Positions 8,835 through 17,928 of a DNA stretch of 64,000 nucleotides are shown here, in pieces. The position numbers and the translations under genes were made by a program. The notes beneath the pieces were generated by a model, which was given only the letters and a program-made list of their open reading frames with translations, was not told where the DNA came from and ran no database searches. Position 1 is the first letter of the stretch. Every line of letters begins with the position of its first letter. This stretch comes from a virus: IMG/VR virus record IMGVR_UViG_3300045971_000188; one strand, 5' to 3'.

Positions 8835-11222
8835 TTAAGTCCAGAAAGTAGGTCCAGATTTAGCTTTAGTTCCAAGAGAGGTTGATTGGTAGTGAATATC
8901 AATAAATAAGATAAAAGGCTCATTAGGAGTACCACCAGTTATAGTAGGTATGGTAGTCATTGTGAAGTTTACACCTAATATACCATCTGGTTCTAATAAA
9001 GCAGTATCTAAGAGGGTGGCTGAACCACCTGCAGAGGATAATTGCACTTCTTCTAAACGATGTTGATAACGAGGGGTTGTTGCTATATTTACAGTATTGT
9101 AGGTAGAGGTAATAGTTTTTTCAGCAGAGAAGGTAGCTTGATTATGGCCTTTGGCATAGGTATATGCAAATGTAGCTACAATATTGCCAGAGATAGCAGT
9201 ACCATTATGGGACCAATGATAATGAATATAGAGATCAGTACCCATTGCATAATCATGAGGTAAATGAAACTCTATATCTGCTTTGTCAGTGGCAGAAAAT
9301 GCCCATCGTCTAACACTGCCCCCCATAAAGGCAGAGAGAGTAGGAGCATTAGCCTCTGCAGCATCTACATTGATATTACCAATAAGATCGCGCCAAGGAT
9401 AGGTAGGAGTTATTGAGTCTACTTTAATACCAGTGGTATTAGCTTTATCTAAGATAAGGGTGTTGGCTATGGTAGTTGCACCTGCCAAATAGTTAGCAGC
9501 ACTACCTGACATATAAAGGTTATATCGGCCCGCAGCAGCTGATAAACTACCACTAAACCCATAGTTATTGGTAGCGCCTACCATTGAAGATATGGCAGCA
9601 AAACCATACTGAGAAGTAACAGTAGCAGATGCCCCAAATGTACCTTGACCTGCTGCATAATTATATAAAACAGGTAATGTAAAAACTGCATCTTCAACAA
9701 CATGAGCTGTACGAAATAAATAGGTTTGGGCAGTTACATCAGATCTTATAGTAGGGCTAATATACATCCCATAGGCTGTAGTAGCACCTGTTACACTCCC
9801 ACTTAATAGAAGTCTTTGTGAAACTGCTGAGCTTACTCCTATACCAACATTACCTGTTGAACCAATCTCAAATCGTTGTGCAGAGTTAGTAGAGAGATTT
9901 AAGGTATTGGTTGTACGAGAGTACATCCCATTAGTAGGGATAGTGGCTGAATTAGGGATAAAAGAGTCAGCAGTTACTGGTCCAGTAAAAGTAGGAGACT
10001 CAAGGAAGGCAAGAGTTTTCCTAGCTGCTCCTGTAGTGGTAGTTGCATAAAAAGCATCCGTCAAAAACTCTATGGCTCCTGCTTCTGGAGTGGTTAGAAG
10101 AGGGCCTGAAGTAAGTTTTAGTGGAGCTGTGTTAGCTGTTGCGCTACCCGCTTTTAGGTGCAAGAAAGAGGTAGGTGTAGAAACTCCAATACCTATTTTA
10201 CCACTAGCCTTTATAACCATTTTTTCTGTGCGAGCTCCTCCAGTAGTTTCAGAGGTTACAAATGAAATTCGTTGGGGGACGACACCGGCTGAAGGAGTTC
10301 CATCCACTCTAAAATCAATAGCAGCAGTACCTTGAGTAGCTACTCCATCATATGCAGCAGATAAGAAACTTAAAACTTGATCACTATCCGCGACTATTGT
10401 AGGGGCAGCTAACGTACCTCTAGCCTTAACCCCTTTAAATACAGGACGTGCAGTTGCAGAAGAGTTTGCAGCGATAATAGAAAGTCCAGGAGCACCTGTT
10501 TGAGTGCTGATCACCTCATAATCTGTGGTAATTAACGTGGCTGCAGGTATATTACCATCTGATATGTGGAGAGGGGAAACTGGGGTGTTTAGAACAGTCC
10601 CTATACCTACAGTAGTAAACGCAGCAGTGGCTGGAAACGTACCCTCGGGACCTTGAATACCTTGAGGACCTGTAGCACCAGTAAATCCTCTATCACCTTG
10701 AGGTCCTATATCACCTTGAATACCCTGAGAACCTGTAGGACCTGTGGGACCAGTAGGACCTATATCCCCTTTAACTCCTTGTATTCCCTGAACACCTTGG
10801 ATACCTCTAGGCCCAGTATCTCCAGTAATGCCAGTATCACCCCTGGGCCCTATAGGTCCTTGAGGTCCTGTAGAGCCAGTAGATCCTTGAGGTCCTGTAG
10901 AGCCAGTAGCTCCTATCAATCCTTGAACACCTTGAATACCCTGAGGTCCTATATCGCCTTGAGGACCTTGAGTACCTGTATTACCTTGGACACCTTGATC
11001 TCCCTTTTCTCCTTGGATACCTTGGATACCTTGAATACCTTGGATACCTTGAGGTCCTATATCCCCTTGATCCCCTTTTGCAACTGCTGTGCCAGGTATA
11101 CCTTGAGGGCCCTGTGGTCCTTGAATGCCTTGTGGTCCTTGAGTGGCTGCTGCAATAACAACAGAACTGGATGAATCAGCAATTATTGTGTAACCCTCGG
11201 CACTGACAGAAATATTAGCCAT
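8835..11222 (-). CDS. Collagen-like tail/head fibre protein
   Basis: Long G-X-Y run, then GxVGIG shaft repeats ([23 protein letters not shown]) and a C-terminal globular domain. Confidence 0.75.
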   Translation of the reverse strand: MANISVSAEGYTIIADSSSSVVIAAATQGPQGIQGPQGPQGIPGTAVAKGDQGDIGPQGIQGIQGIQGIQGEKGDQGVQGNTGTQGPQGDIGPQGIQGVQGLIGATGSTGPQGSTGSTGPQGPIGPRGDTGITGDTGPRGIQGVQGIQGVKGDIGPTGPTGPTGSQGIQGDIGPQGDRGFTGATGPQGIQGPEGTFPATAAFTTVGIGTVLNTPVSPLHISDGNIPAATLITTDYEVISTQTGAPGLSIIAANSSATARPVFKGVKARGTLAAPTIVADSDQVLSFLSAAYDGVATQGTAAIDFRVDGTPSAGVVPQRISFVTSETTGGARTEKMVIKASGKIGIGVSTPTSFLHLKAGSATANTAPLKLTSGPLLTTPEAGAIEFLTDAFYATTTTGAARKTLAFLESPTFTGPVTADSFIPNSATIPTNGMYSRTTNTLNLSTNSAQRFEIGSTGNVGIGVSSAVSQRLLLSGSVTGATTAYGMYISPTIRSDVTAQTYLFRTAHVVEDAVFTLPVLYNYAAGQGTFGASATVTSQYGFAAISSMVGATNNYGFSGSLSAAAGRYNLYMSGSAANYLAGATTIANTLILDKANTTGIKVDSITPTYPWRDLIGNINVDAAEANAPTLSAFMGGSVRRWAFSATDKADIEFHLPHDYAMGTDLYIHYHWSHNGTAISGNIVATFAYTYAKGHNQATFSAEKTITSTYNTVNIATTPRYQHRLEEVQLSSAGGSATLLDTALLEPDGILGVNFTMTTIPTITGGTPNEPFILFIDIHYQSTSLGTKAKSGPTFWT
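10645..11150 (-). repeat. Collagen G-X-Y coding repeats (GPQGIQG etc.)
   Basis: 9-bp periodic sequence such as ccttgaata/ccttggata/ccttgaggt. Confidence 0.9.
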
Positions 11223-11235
11223 TATTTTTCCTATA

Positions 11236-11640
11236 TTATTTAGTTACTTCTTCAGAGGGGAGTAATACACCTTTTACAAATGGAAGAATTTGAGTGGATG
11301 GATCTATTAGTTCTATATCAAAGAGATAGGTGGTATCTGCAGAGAGAGAAGCGGTTTGAGTATCTGTTATTAGGAGTTTGATACCATAGGCTCCTACCAC
11401 CTCACTTCCATCTGATAAGTTGGCAGTACCTGTTATAATTTCTAGGCCACCTTTAGTTTGATCATCTAGATCTAAAATGGGGGAAGAGGAGTAAGAGATT
11501 CTTACTTGCATTCTAGCATGATACCCAGTCAAATTAATGATGGTATTAGATGGAGATAGATAGTAGAAAGTGGGTGTTAGATCTTTACCTTTATCAAACT
11601 TTATGGTGACTGAAGGTGCTCTTAGATCAAGTGTTGGCAT
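11236..11640 (-). CDS. Virion structural/adaptor-like protein
   Basis: beta-rich 134 aa; [13 protein letters not shown]...YLFDIEL...VKGVL pattern common upstream of fibre genes. Confidence 0.5.
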   Translation of the reverse strand: MPTLDLRAPSVTIKFDKGKDLTPTFYYLSPSNTIINLTGYHARMQVRISYSSSPILDLDDQTKGGLEIITGTANLSDGSEVVGAYGIKLLITDTQTASLSADTTYLFDIELIDPSTQILPFVKGVLLPSEEVTK

Positions 11641-12133
11641 TTGAGTAATCCTCTATAACAATATTTAGGGGTAGAGGAGTGGTGGAGTGATCCTCAATTT
11701 CTTCTATTTTCTCTTTTACTTCTAACTCTCTAGGACCATAATTAATAATTTGAATGGTATGAGATACATCCTCCTTTTTCTCTGTGAACATACCTAAATG
11801 TTTTCCAAGGATCTGTAGGGCCTGAATACGGGCAGCATGATTCGATCCATTACCTTCTCGAGTAGCTTCTTTTAGGAGTTGAGAAAGAATTAGTTCTGGA
11901 GTGAGGGATAAGGCTTCTGCTTGCTCCTGTAACTTCAGGGAAATATGAAATTTGATATTCTCTTTTCGGGAGTAGGGGTTATCTGAGGGGTAGTGTTTTA
12001 GACCAGGATTAACTGATTGGTATGCCTTAGGATGGGAGAGAGTGTTTAGATAGACCCGTACATACAATTTTTCTAGAGCATTTAGGCGTGGGGTAGAGTA
12101 GGAAACTACTTCCCCTTCTTCTTTAGTTTCCAT
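11627..12133 (-). CDS. terS: Terminase small subunit
   Basis: ARIQALQILGKHLGMFTEK motif characteristic of phage TerS proteins. Confidence 0.65.
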   Translation of the reverse strand: METKEEGEVVSYSTPRLNALEKLYVRVYLNTLSHPKAYQSVNPGLKHYPSDNPYSRKENIKFHISLKLQEQAEALSLTPELILSQLLKEATREGNGSNHAARIQALQILGKHLGMFTEKKEDVSHTIQIINYGPRELEVKEKIEEIEDHSTTPLPLNIVIEDYSNANT

Positions 12134-12137
12134 AATT

Positions 12138-13346
12138 CTACAACAGTCCTGCTAATTTATTTGGTTTTAGTGCTTTGGGATAATAACTGATTCTACTAAT
12201 GTTTGCTACGCCACCTGAAGATAGGAAGAGGGTGGTGGGGTTGGTAATGCCTGTAAATTCAGTTGGAGAGGATAGGGTATTTGCATTTACTAGGTAAGTG
12301 CTTCCTGATTTAGAGGAGAAGTTATAGTAAAGGGCATATTTAGATGTAGTATCTAAGGTTTGATTAAGCCCACCTAGGTTATAGGGGGCACTAAAAGCTG
12401 AACCACTAGCTGTTATCACAAAAGTCCCTTGATCAGGGTTATACCAAGACAGATTTGTAAAACTTAAGGAGTCTGCAGCTCTAGTTACTGGTGCAGAGGC
12501 TGTTGATCTATAAGAGGATAGATAGTTCTTAGCTTCAAACTGACCTCCCCACATATAAATACCTGAAGTTAAATCACCAGAAAAGGTGTATAAAGGTACT
12601 CTACCATCATAATCAACATTCATTACAGCTATTGCCATTGCCCCTGTAGCACTAGTAGAGGTTGCAGTAGCAGTTAAGGATATTCTATACCAACCAGTAG
12701 CTAATTGGGGGGAGATTGAGTAAGTAAAATTGCCAGGACCCTTATGACCCATGGTCCCATTAGTTAAATTAAAGTTTACCCATGTATCCACACTATCAAA
12801 GCCAGTATTACCAAAGAGTTGGATATAGTTATAGCCTGCAACCTTCACAAAGAAAGAGGTGGTATAGGTAGTACCTGAGGTAACTGATCTGGTTTGTTGA
12901 CCTCTGTGGTATGAGACTGCTCCATTTGGTATATTCTTATCAGCTGCTAAAACACCATCAGGGGCGGAGGCATAATTTGGGGAGATAGTGTTATTATTAA
13001 ATGACCATGCTACATTATCAAATGCACCACTCTGAATAAAATCATTGGAAGTAGATCCTTCGCATAAAAGAGTGATTGGCAGAGAAATAGGTGATCCATC
13101 ACTCAATACATTACTATAAACTCCTGCCCCTACCCTTCTGGCATATTGGTATCTAATTTCATCTACAGTAGCAGTTACTAAAATAGGATTATCACCTGCA
13201 ACTGCATTAGAGGCATAGGCCATAAGAACAGTGTTGCTGGCGCGTGTATTAGTTAGGAGGGTGGTAGAAGGTGTTTTACTAAAATCTAGGTCTAGGGTGG
13301 GATGGGGTGAGGAAGAAAGTAGAACCGTTCTCTTTGGATTAATCAT
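12138..13346 (-). CDS. Head/tail spike-fibre protein with carbohydrate-binding-like domain
   Basis: TRAS, LLCEGSTSN, GWYRIS, YMWGGQFEA..YLSSY.ST...VTRAAD motifs. Confidence 0.55.
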   Translation of the reverse strand: MINPKRTVLLSSSPHPTLDLDFSKTPSTTLLTNTRASNTVLMAYASNAVAGDNPILVTATVDEIRYQYARRVGAGVYSNVLSDGSPISLPITLLCEGSTSNDFIQSGAFDNVAWSFNNNTISPNYASAPDGVLAADKNIPNGAVSYHRGQQTRSVTSGTTYTTSFFVKVAGYNYIQLFGNTGFDSVDTWVNFNLTNGTMGHKGPGNFTYSISPQLATGWYRISLTATATSTSATGAMAIAVMNVDYDGRVPLYTFSGDLTSGIYMWGGQFEAKNYLSSYRSTASAPVTRAADSLSFTNLSWYNPDQGTFVITASGSAFSAPYNLGGLNQTLDTTSKYALYYNFSSKSGSTYLVNANTLSSPTEFTGITNPTTLFLSSGGVANISRISYYPKALKPNKLAGLL

Positions 13347-13347
13347 A

Positions 13348-13962
13348 TTACATCCCTAAGATATAGAGGGTTATGTTCTTAACTGCAGCAGAGGTAGGAG
13401 TAAAGCCGGTAGCAGTTACTAAATAGCCCCATAGGGACGTAGTACCACCTATCTGGAAATCATAATCTAAACCAGTTTGCTGCACATATAGAGTACTACC
13501 AAAGTCAGAGGGACTACCTAAATCTACATAACCTAAATAGATGGTTCTATCACCTGCCGACAGATCCCAGGAGGCTGAGTCTACTAGAGCAGAGGGAGGT
13601 AGGGCAGAGTATAGATGAAGTCTAAAAGAGGTCATACCAGCAGGAACTGGGCCCACATCAACTTTAAGTCTAGTACCTGTTACCCTGATTACACTACCTA
13701 CATTACCTATTAATGGAAGCTCTAAGGCAGCTGTAGTGGAGGTAGAGGGTCCTATAACATCACCTGATAGATAGGCTAAAGAATCGGAGGGACGAGCAAA
13801 AGATTTGGAGACTTTAGTGGTGGTAGAGGTAGGAGAGACTGTAGAGTTAGAAGTATTACTAGATACTAAAGTAACTTGCATCACTCCATTATCATCACAG
13901 CGAGCTATTCTAATGGGAGAGTTATCTGAGTCTTTTTGTAGAGTGGTAGATAGTTTGTTCAT
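13348..13962 (-). CDS. Putative virion structural protein
   Basis: FARPSDSLAYLSGDVIG motif; S/T-rich; late operon. Confidence 0.45.
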   Translation of the reverse strand: MNKLSTTLQKDSDNSPIRIARCDDNGVMQVTLVSSNTSNSTVSPTSTTTKVSKSFARPSDSLAYLSGDVIGPSTSTTAALELPLIGNVGSVIRVTGTRLKVDVGPVPAGMTSFRLHLYSALPPSALVDSASWDLSAGDRTIYLGYVDLGSPSDFGSTLYVQQTGLDYDFQIGGTTSLWGYLVTATGFTPTSAAVKNITLYILGM

Positions 13963-13987
13963 TAATTTTCCTAGGAATAAGGGAGGG

Positions 13988-14019
13988 GGTGTCTACAGCC
14001 CAAGGAGACTATAGACACC
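13988..14019 (-). terminator. Intergenic 11-bp RNA hairpin (attenuator or processing site)
   Basis: Minus strand GGTGTCTATAG...CTGTAGACACC with one G-U pair; no clear U-tract. Confidence 0.4.
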
Positions 14020-14024
14020 TATAT

Positions 14025-14267
14025 TTAAGCTAGATCATACATTATTGTGTCTTTAACATCAGACAATAATCCTCCCATCTTAGTTCCTACTTCAAAGGCT
14101 TTAGATAAGAGCTTGGATAGTTCTATTTCAAATGATTTTTTTACTATAATCAAAGCAGCGTCTTGATCTGCTTGGGTTGTATAATCTACCATACAAGCTG
14201 GTAGAACCATATTAAATAGGTTATCTGTTTCTTCTGGGGTTAAGGTGATATCATGTTTTATTTTCAT
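14025..14267 (-). CDS. Hypothetical protein
   Basis: 80-aa ORF, coupled to neighbours in the late operon. Confidence 0.6.
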   Translation of the reverse strand: MKIKHDITLTPEETDNLFNMVLPACMVDYTTQADQDAALIIVKKSFEIELSKLLSKAFEVGTKMGGLLSDVKDTIMYDLA

Positions 14268-14610
14268 AGGCTGCCTTTAATTCTGCTACAAACAGTTTGA
14301 TGCAGTCTGATCCTCCAGGAGTCTGTAAGAAGACAGGAAGATACTTTTGGACGGAGGAAGAAGAAAGCCATACCTGCTCCTCAGGAGTTAAAGACAAACC
14401 AATTATCTCTAAGATACTCATTTCTTTCTTAGGAGTGTTGGATGCAATAAGCTTTCTTATCTCCGTTAGTTCGTTAGCTAAAGCAGCTTTTACCGCCTCT
14501 TGAATCTGTGTTGATAAATCAGATTGGACTACAGGGACTGTAGGGACTACGGGTTTGGTGCTTGCTTTTAGCGCTTCTAGCTGTTGGGTAAGTCTATCCA
14601 GGTGTGACAT
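14251..14610 (-). CDS. Hypothetical helical protein
   Basis: 119-aa ORF directly downstream of the 314-aa G/N/Q-rich gene. Confidence 0.65.
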   Translation of the reverse strand: MSHLDRLTQQLEALKASTKPVVPTVPVVQSDLSTQIQEAVKAALANELTEIRKLIASNTPKKEMSILEIIGLSLTPEEQVWLSSSSVQKYLPVFLQTPGGSDCIKLFVAELKAAYENKT

Positions 14611-14716
14611 ATTGTTCTCACTTCAAATCAATTAGACCGTATCTAACTTCAGTTGGGGTAGAGGTCATGTAGATAAATTCGAGTTCATCGTCTCCATCTA
14701 CATTGACCCAGTCGCT

Positions 14717-15661
14717 TCACGCTCTTACGTTAGTAGAACTTTGTTGACCTGCAGATCCTGACATAGTACCTAAGTTAACAATGTTAGCTTTGGCAACTTG
14801 TAATTCACTTACCAAAGTGTTTAGCAGTTGGTTAGTTAAGATTGCTTGTTGTTGAGCTTGAGATTGTGCTTGAGCTTGATTGACGACTGTAGTTACTTCA
14901 ACACCTGATTTGGTGAAGCGATGATCACTAAGGGCCTCAGCCAATTTATTTTCAGCTACCACTATCTGTCTGTTGAGAGCAGCAGTGTTAATATCTTGGA
15001 TTAGAGCACGAGTTTTGTCACCATCAGTATTAATAGCTACGAGGGTAGCATACTTACTGTCGATTACGTTTTGGTTGATTGCGTTGGTTTGTGATAATAC
15101 TAAGTTGTTAGTACCTGCAGTTGCATTAACTACACTAACCCCTAAGATACCAGCAGATTCTGCAATGTGAGTGTTGGTAACACCTTGCCCTAAGGCAACT
15201 GCAGTAGCTACTTCACTTACATCTTTAGCTAAACCAGCACTAGTTTGTAGCATAGAGATCTGACCTTGCAGATTCTGTACTTGAGAGATGGTGTTAGCAT
15301 CTGTTACTGCTTTAGTAATTTGAGATTGACCATTTAGATTGGAGATAGTGTTTTGTGCTATAGCTAATTGTACTTGGCCTTCAGCACCCCAAATCTCACC
15401 TTTTAGAGTACCTAGAGTTTGAGAGTTTAAACCATCAGATACAATCCCTTGTACAGCAGCTGTATCTAAAGTGTTGTTATTACCATTTCTATTACCAAAC
15501 ATATTACCATTGTTCAAGAGTGAACCTAAAATCAATCCACCAATCAAACCACCTTCATTATCACCACCAAACAAATTACCCATATTATCACCACCATTTA
15601 AAAGAGAAGAAAGATTACCACCATCACTGGTGGCAGTTGTTGTTTCAGAGAGTACAGCCAT
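14717..15661 (-). CDS. Gly/Asn/Gln-rich long coiled-coil protein with N-terminal glycine-zipper segment
   Basis: GGLIGGLILGSLL, AINTDGDKTRALIQ, QAQAQSQAQQQ; strong AGGAG RBS. Confidence 0.7.
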   Translation of the reverse strand: MAVLSETTTATSDGGNLSSLLNGGDNMGNLFGGDNEGGLIGGLILGSLLNNGNMFGNRNGNNNTLDTAAVQGIVSDGLNSQTLGTLKGEIWGAEGQVQLAIAQNTISNLNGQSQITKAVTDANTISQVQNLQGQISMLQTSAGLAKDVSEVATAVALGQGVTNTHIAESAGILGVSVVNATAGTNNLVLSQTNAINQNVIDSKYATLVAINTDGDKTRALIQDINTAALNRQIVVAENKLAEALSDHRFTKSGVEVTTVVNQAQAQSQAQQQAILTNQLLNTLVSELQVAKANIVNLGTMSGSAGQQSSTNVRA

Positions 15662-15821
15662 ATTTATCTCCTATTGTAGAGAAGGACTCTACGTCCTTTA
15701 GGGATAATCCCCTAAACTATTAACTCCGTGTCAGGCCATGATCAATCCAAACTTCCCTTACTCTTTCCCGCTTCCTTTATCTGTGGCTTACTAATTTTAA
15801 AACTTTTAATACTTTAAATCT

Positions 15822-16094
15822 TTAGGCAGTTTTATACTTCTTAGAAGCATTTTTACTTCTAGGATAACTTCGATTATCTGCTTTGGTTGTTACCTTTAGG
15901 TTAGAGGGAGAGTTATCTAAAGCATTTCCACTCTTATGATCAACATCCAATCCGTCTCCTAACCTTACTTTCCCCTTCTTGGCTAGTCCATATCTAGCTC
16001 TTCCTCGAGCAGCCCTCTTTTTCTTTTGGGTAGGACTAGACTCATATTTAGCTTCTTGCTTATAATCTCTGATGTAGTTAGGGGATGAGGGCAT
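15822..16094 (-). CDS. Small HNH-type protein, first late gene
   Basis: RDYKQE...RAARGRAR...GDGLDVDHK..NALDNSPSNL.V...DNRS. Confidence 0.7.
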   Translation of the reverse strand: MPSSPNYIRDYKQEAKYESSPTQKKKRAARGRARYGLAKKGKVRLGDGLDVDHKSGNALDNSPSNLKVTTKADNRSYPRSKNASKKYKTA

Positions 16095-16123
16095 AATGTT
16101 CTCTTAGTTTATTTCAATAAGGG

Positions 16124-16151
16124 TTAGATTAGGATTAGAGAATTAAGTTCC
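16124..16151 (-). promoter_or_regulatory. sigmaE/AlgU-type promoter GGAACTT-N16-TCTAA
   Basis: Perfect consensus about 30 bp upstream of the first late gene. Confidence 0.75.
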
Positions 16152-16308
16152 ATACCTATAGTTACCTATAATTCTAATTACCTTAATCTATAGGTATATC
16201 CTTTAGTATATTACTTAGTTACTATAATAAAGATCTATAGTAATTACCTTATTATCTTATTAGAGTATATAGTATTATATCCATAGGTACTATAAGGTAC
16301 TAATAGAG

Positions 16309-16345
16309 TACCTATAGATATATAGTTACCTTAGGATCCGGCAGT
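16309..16345 (-). repeat. Conserved promoter-proximal element, copy 1
   Basis: Minus strand ACTGCCGGATCCTAAGGTAACTATATATCTATAGGTA. Confidence 0.75.
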
Positions 16346-16352
16346 ATAGCCT

Positions 16353-16381
16353 TTAGACTATCGAAGTAATACTTTGGTTCC
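16353..16381 (-). promoter_or_regulatory. sigmaE-like promoter GGAACCA-N17-TCTAA
   Basis: Near-consensus ECF promoter 7 nt upstream of element copy 1. Confidence 0.5.
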
Positions 16382-16783
16382 ATTTTAAATTTAAAGTAAA
16401 TTTCTATATTTTTATTTTTAAATTTTAAGAACTGGAATAAGGAACTATAGGTACTACCAATCTTATTTGCTTCGCTACAAATGATACTGGTATAGGACCT
16501 ATAATTACCTTAAAAACTTTAAGGTATTGTCAGCTTCTTCTTTCTCTTTCTTTACTCTTAATTACCGCCCGAAGTGGTCGCTTTCTCTGAAAGCTCAAAG
16601 AGCTTGATGGCAACTGGGAGATGATGGCTAACCTATTGATTTCTATAGGGCTATTGTTTTCTGCTATTTCTATTTTTATATTTTGGTAAATAGAGAGACT
16701 GTGGGTCCGATTATATAGTACTCATTGAATCGACAGGTACCCTCCCTAACCCAATCCCCTACCTTTTGACATATTCCACTTCT

Positions 16784-16848
16784 AGAACTGTTAGAACTAT
16801 TAAAACTCTTTTAACATGCAGAACTGTTAGAAGCTGACAGAGCTGGAG
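16784..16848. repeat. Short 9-bp periodic repeats (AGAACTGTT/AGAACTATT/AAAACTCTT)
   Basis: Five units in exact 9-bp register at 16784-16828 (the fourth, TTAACATGC, degenerate), then two degenerate units. Confidence 0.5.
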
Positions 16849-17613
16849 ACGTAGAGGATTGGCCTGTAGATTGCTACAGATTCTATTGGGAATCGTTATG
16901 TACCGAGGGTTACAGCGGGACTGGGTGTCAGATATCCCTACCAACTCACTTTACTCTTATATACTATAATCCCTTGATTTGGGAGGGCTTGTATTGTCCA
17001 GTAGATCTACTAGAATATGAAGTGTCAGACGGAACATTGTTTGACAAGTTGTTTAGGTAGTTGTTAGAGGTTGTACTCCCTACTCTTTCAACTATAATAT
17101 GTTTGTAGGCAGGACGCTTGCATGTAGTACAACAGGGTAGCTGGTAGGCGGTAACTACTATTGAATGTGACAGATTCATTGATACATCAAAACCCCAAGC
17201 CTCGCTAGGAGTAACATACCATACTTAATTGCTGGTAGTAGGACTAGTAGAGAGATAATATAGGCTGGGTCATACTCTAGTAATGTTTAAAGCATTGTCT
17301 AGGGTATTAGTGGAAACCCGAAAGATTTGTAGGGTTAGAGTGCCGTGGGCGGCATCGTGTTAGGTCTATAGGCATATTGTGTCTACAGTAATACCTACAT
17401 ATTGAGAGTGACTAGGGATTATTTATAACCTTGAAAGCTAGCAATTAACACTTTGAGCAGAAAAAAGGAGCAATATAAATATATTGTAAGTGATAGGAAG
17501 TCTTACACATCAAATGAGGTTAGTTGATAACATACAGCAGATTAGCAAAAAAACTGTAGACTCTAACGGTTTGATAAAAATTCCTAAAGGATGACTTTAG
17601 GTAATTAAATAAA

Positions 17614-17710
17614 AGGTGGGAATGGTGACTAAGAAGTTCACTAGCACTGTAGATATCTAGCAAGTATCTGGCAGTGCTTTCGTGTGTCCACGCTTTCTGT
17701 AACTCCACCT
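17614..17710 (+). ncRNA. Candidate multibranch structured RNA in the early leader
   Basis: Closing stem AGGTGGG/TCCACCT encloses three hairpins, including a 13-bp AGCACTGTAGATA/TATCTGGCAGTGCT arm; G-U pairs favour the plus strand. Confidence 0.35.
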
Positions 17711-17781
17711 AGTTTAATTCTGTAGTATCTTTAATAAGGGTATTATGGAATAAAGACTAACCATTAACTTGGAGTAATAAA

Positions 17782-17928
17782 ATGACTAACAAACAATTGT
17801 TGGAGCTTGCAATTAAAATATATGGGCTCAACGTAAAATTCTACTTTCACAATGTCAACCATAAAATGGTGATATTAGTAGAATCAATAGATAACCAACT
17901 CATTAGAGAAGTAAAATGGATGAAATAA
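17782..17928 (+). CDS. Small early protein (48 aa, not in track)
   Basis: GGAG RBS, ATG; overlaps the next ORF. Confidence 0.55.
   Translation: MTNKQLLELAIKIYGLNVKFYFHNVNHKMVILVESIDNQLIREVKWMK

Noticed and set aside
10653-11174. 173-aa plus-strand ORF (and other antisense ORFs such as 2532-2753, 10072-10335, 37467-37844, 57251-57688, 57788-58411)
   Set aside because: Shadow frames of real genes, caused by repeats and codon bias; no RBS or operon context.
15730-15757. GGAAGTT-N16-TGACA possible fifth ECF promoter before the 314-aa gene
   Set aside because: -10 is a poor match; not counted.
15720-15800. Possible c-di-GMP (GEMM) riboswitch (GCCACAG...GGAAA)
   Set aside because: The required P1/P2 pairings could not be formed by hand.
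16441-16465. Plus-strand GGAACTA...TCTTA ECF-like promoter
   Set aside because: Spacer is only 13 nt.
16815-17058. About 80-codon plus-strand open frame that reads like protein
   Set aside because: No usable start codon or RBS, preceded by in-frame stops; at most a decayed remnant.
16767-17065. Plus-strand TTGACA hexamers at ~16766 and ~17041 as early promoters
   Set aside because: No acceptable -10 at 16-18 bp spacing.
16759-17708. Track ORFs 16759-16944, 16964-17179, 17520-17708 on the minus strand
   Set aside because: No RBS and atypical composition in the control region; likely spurious.
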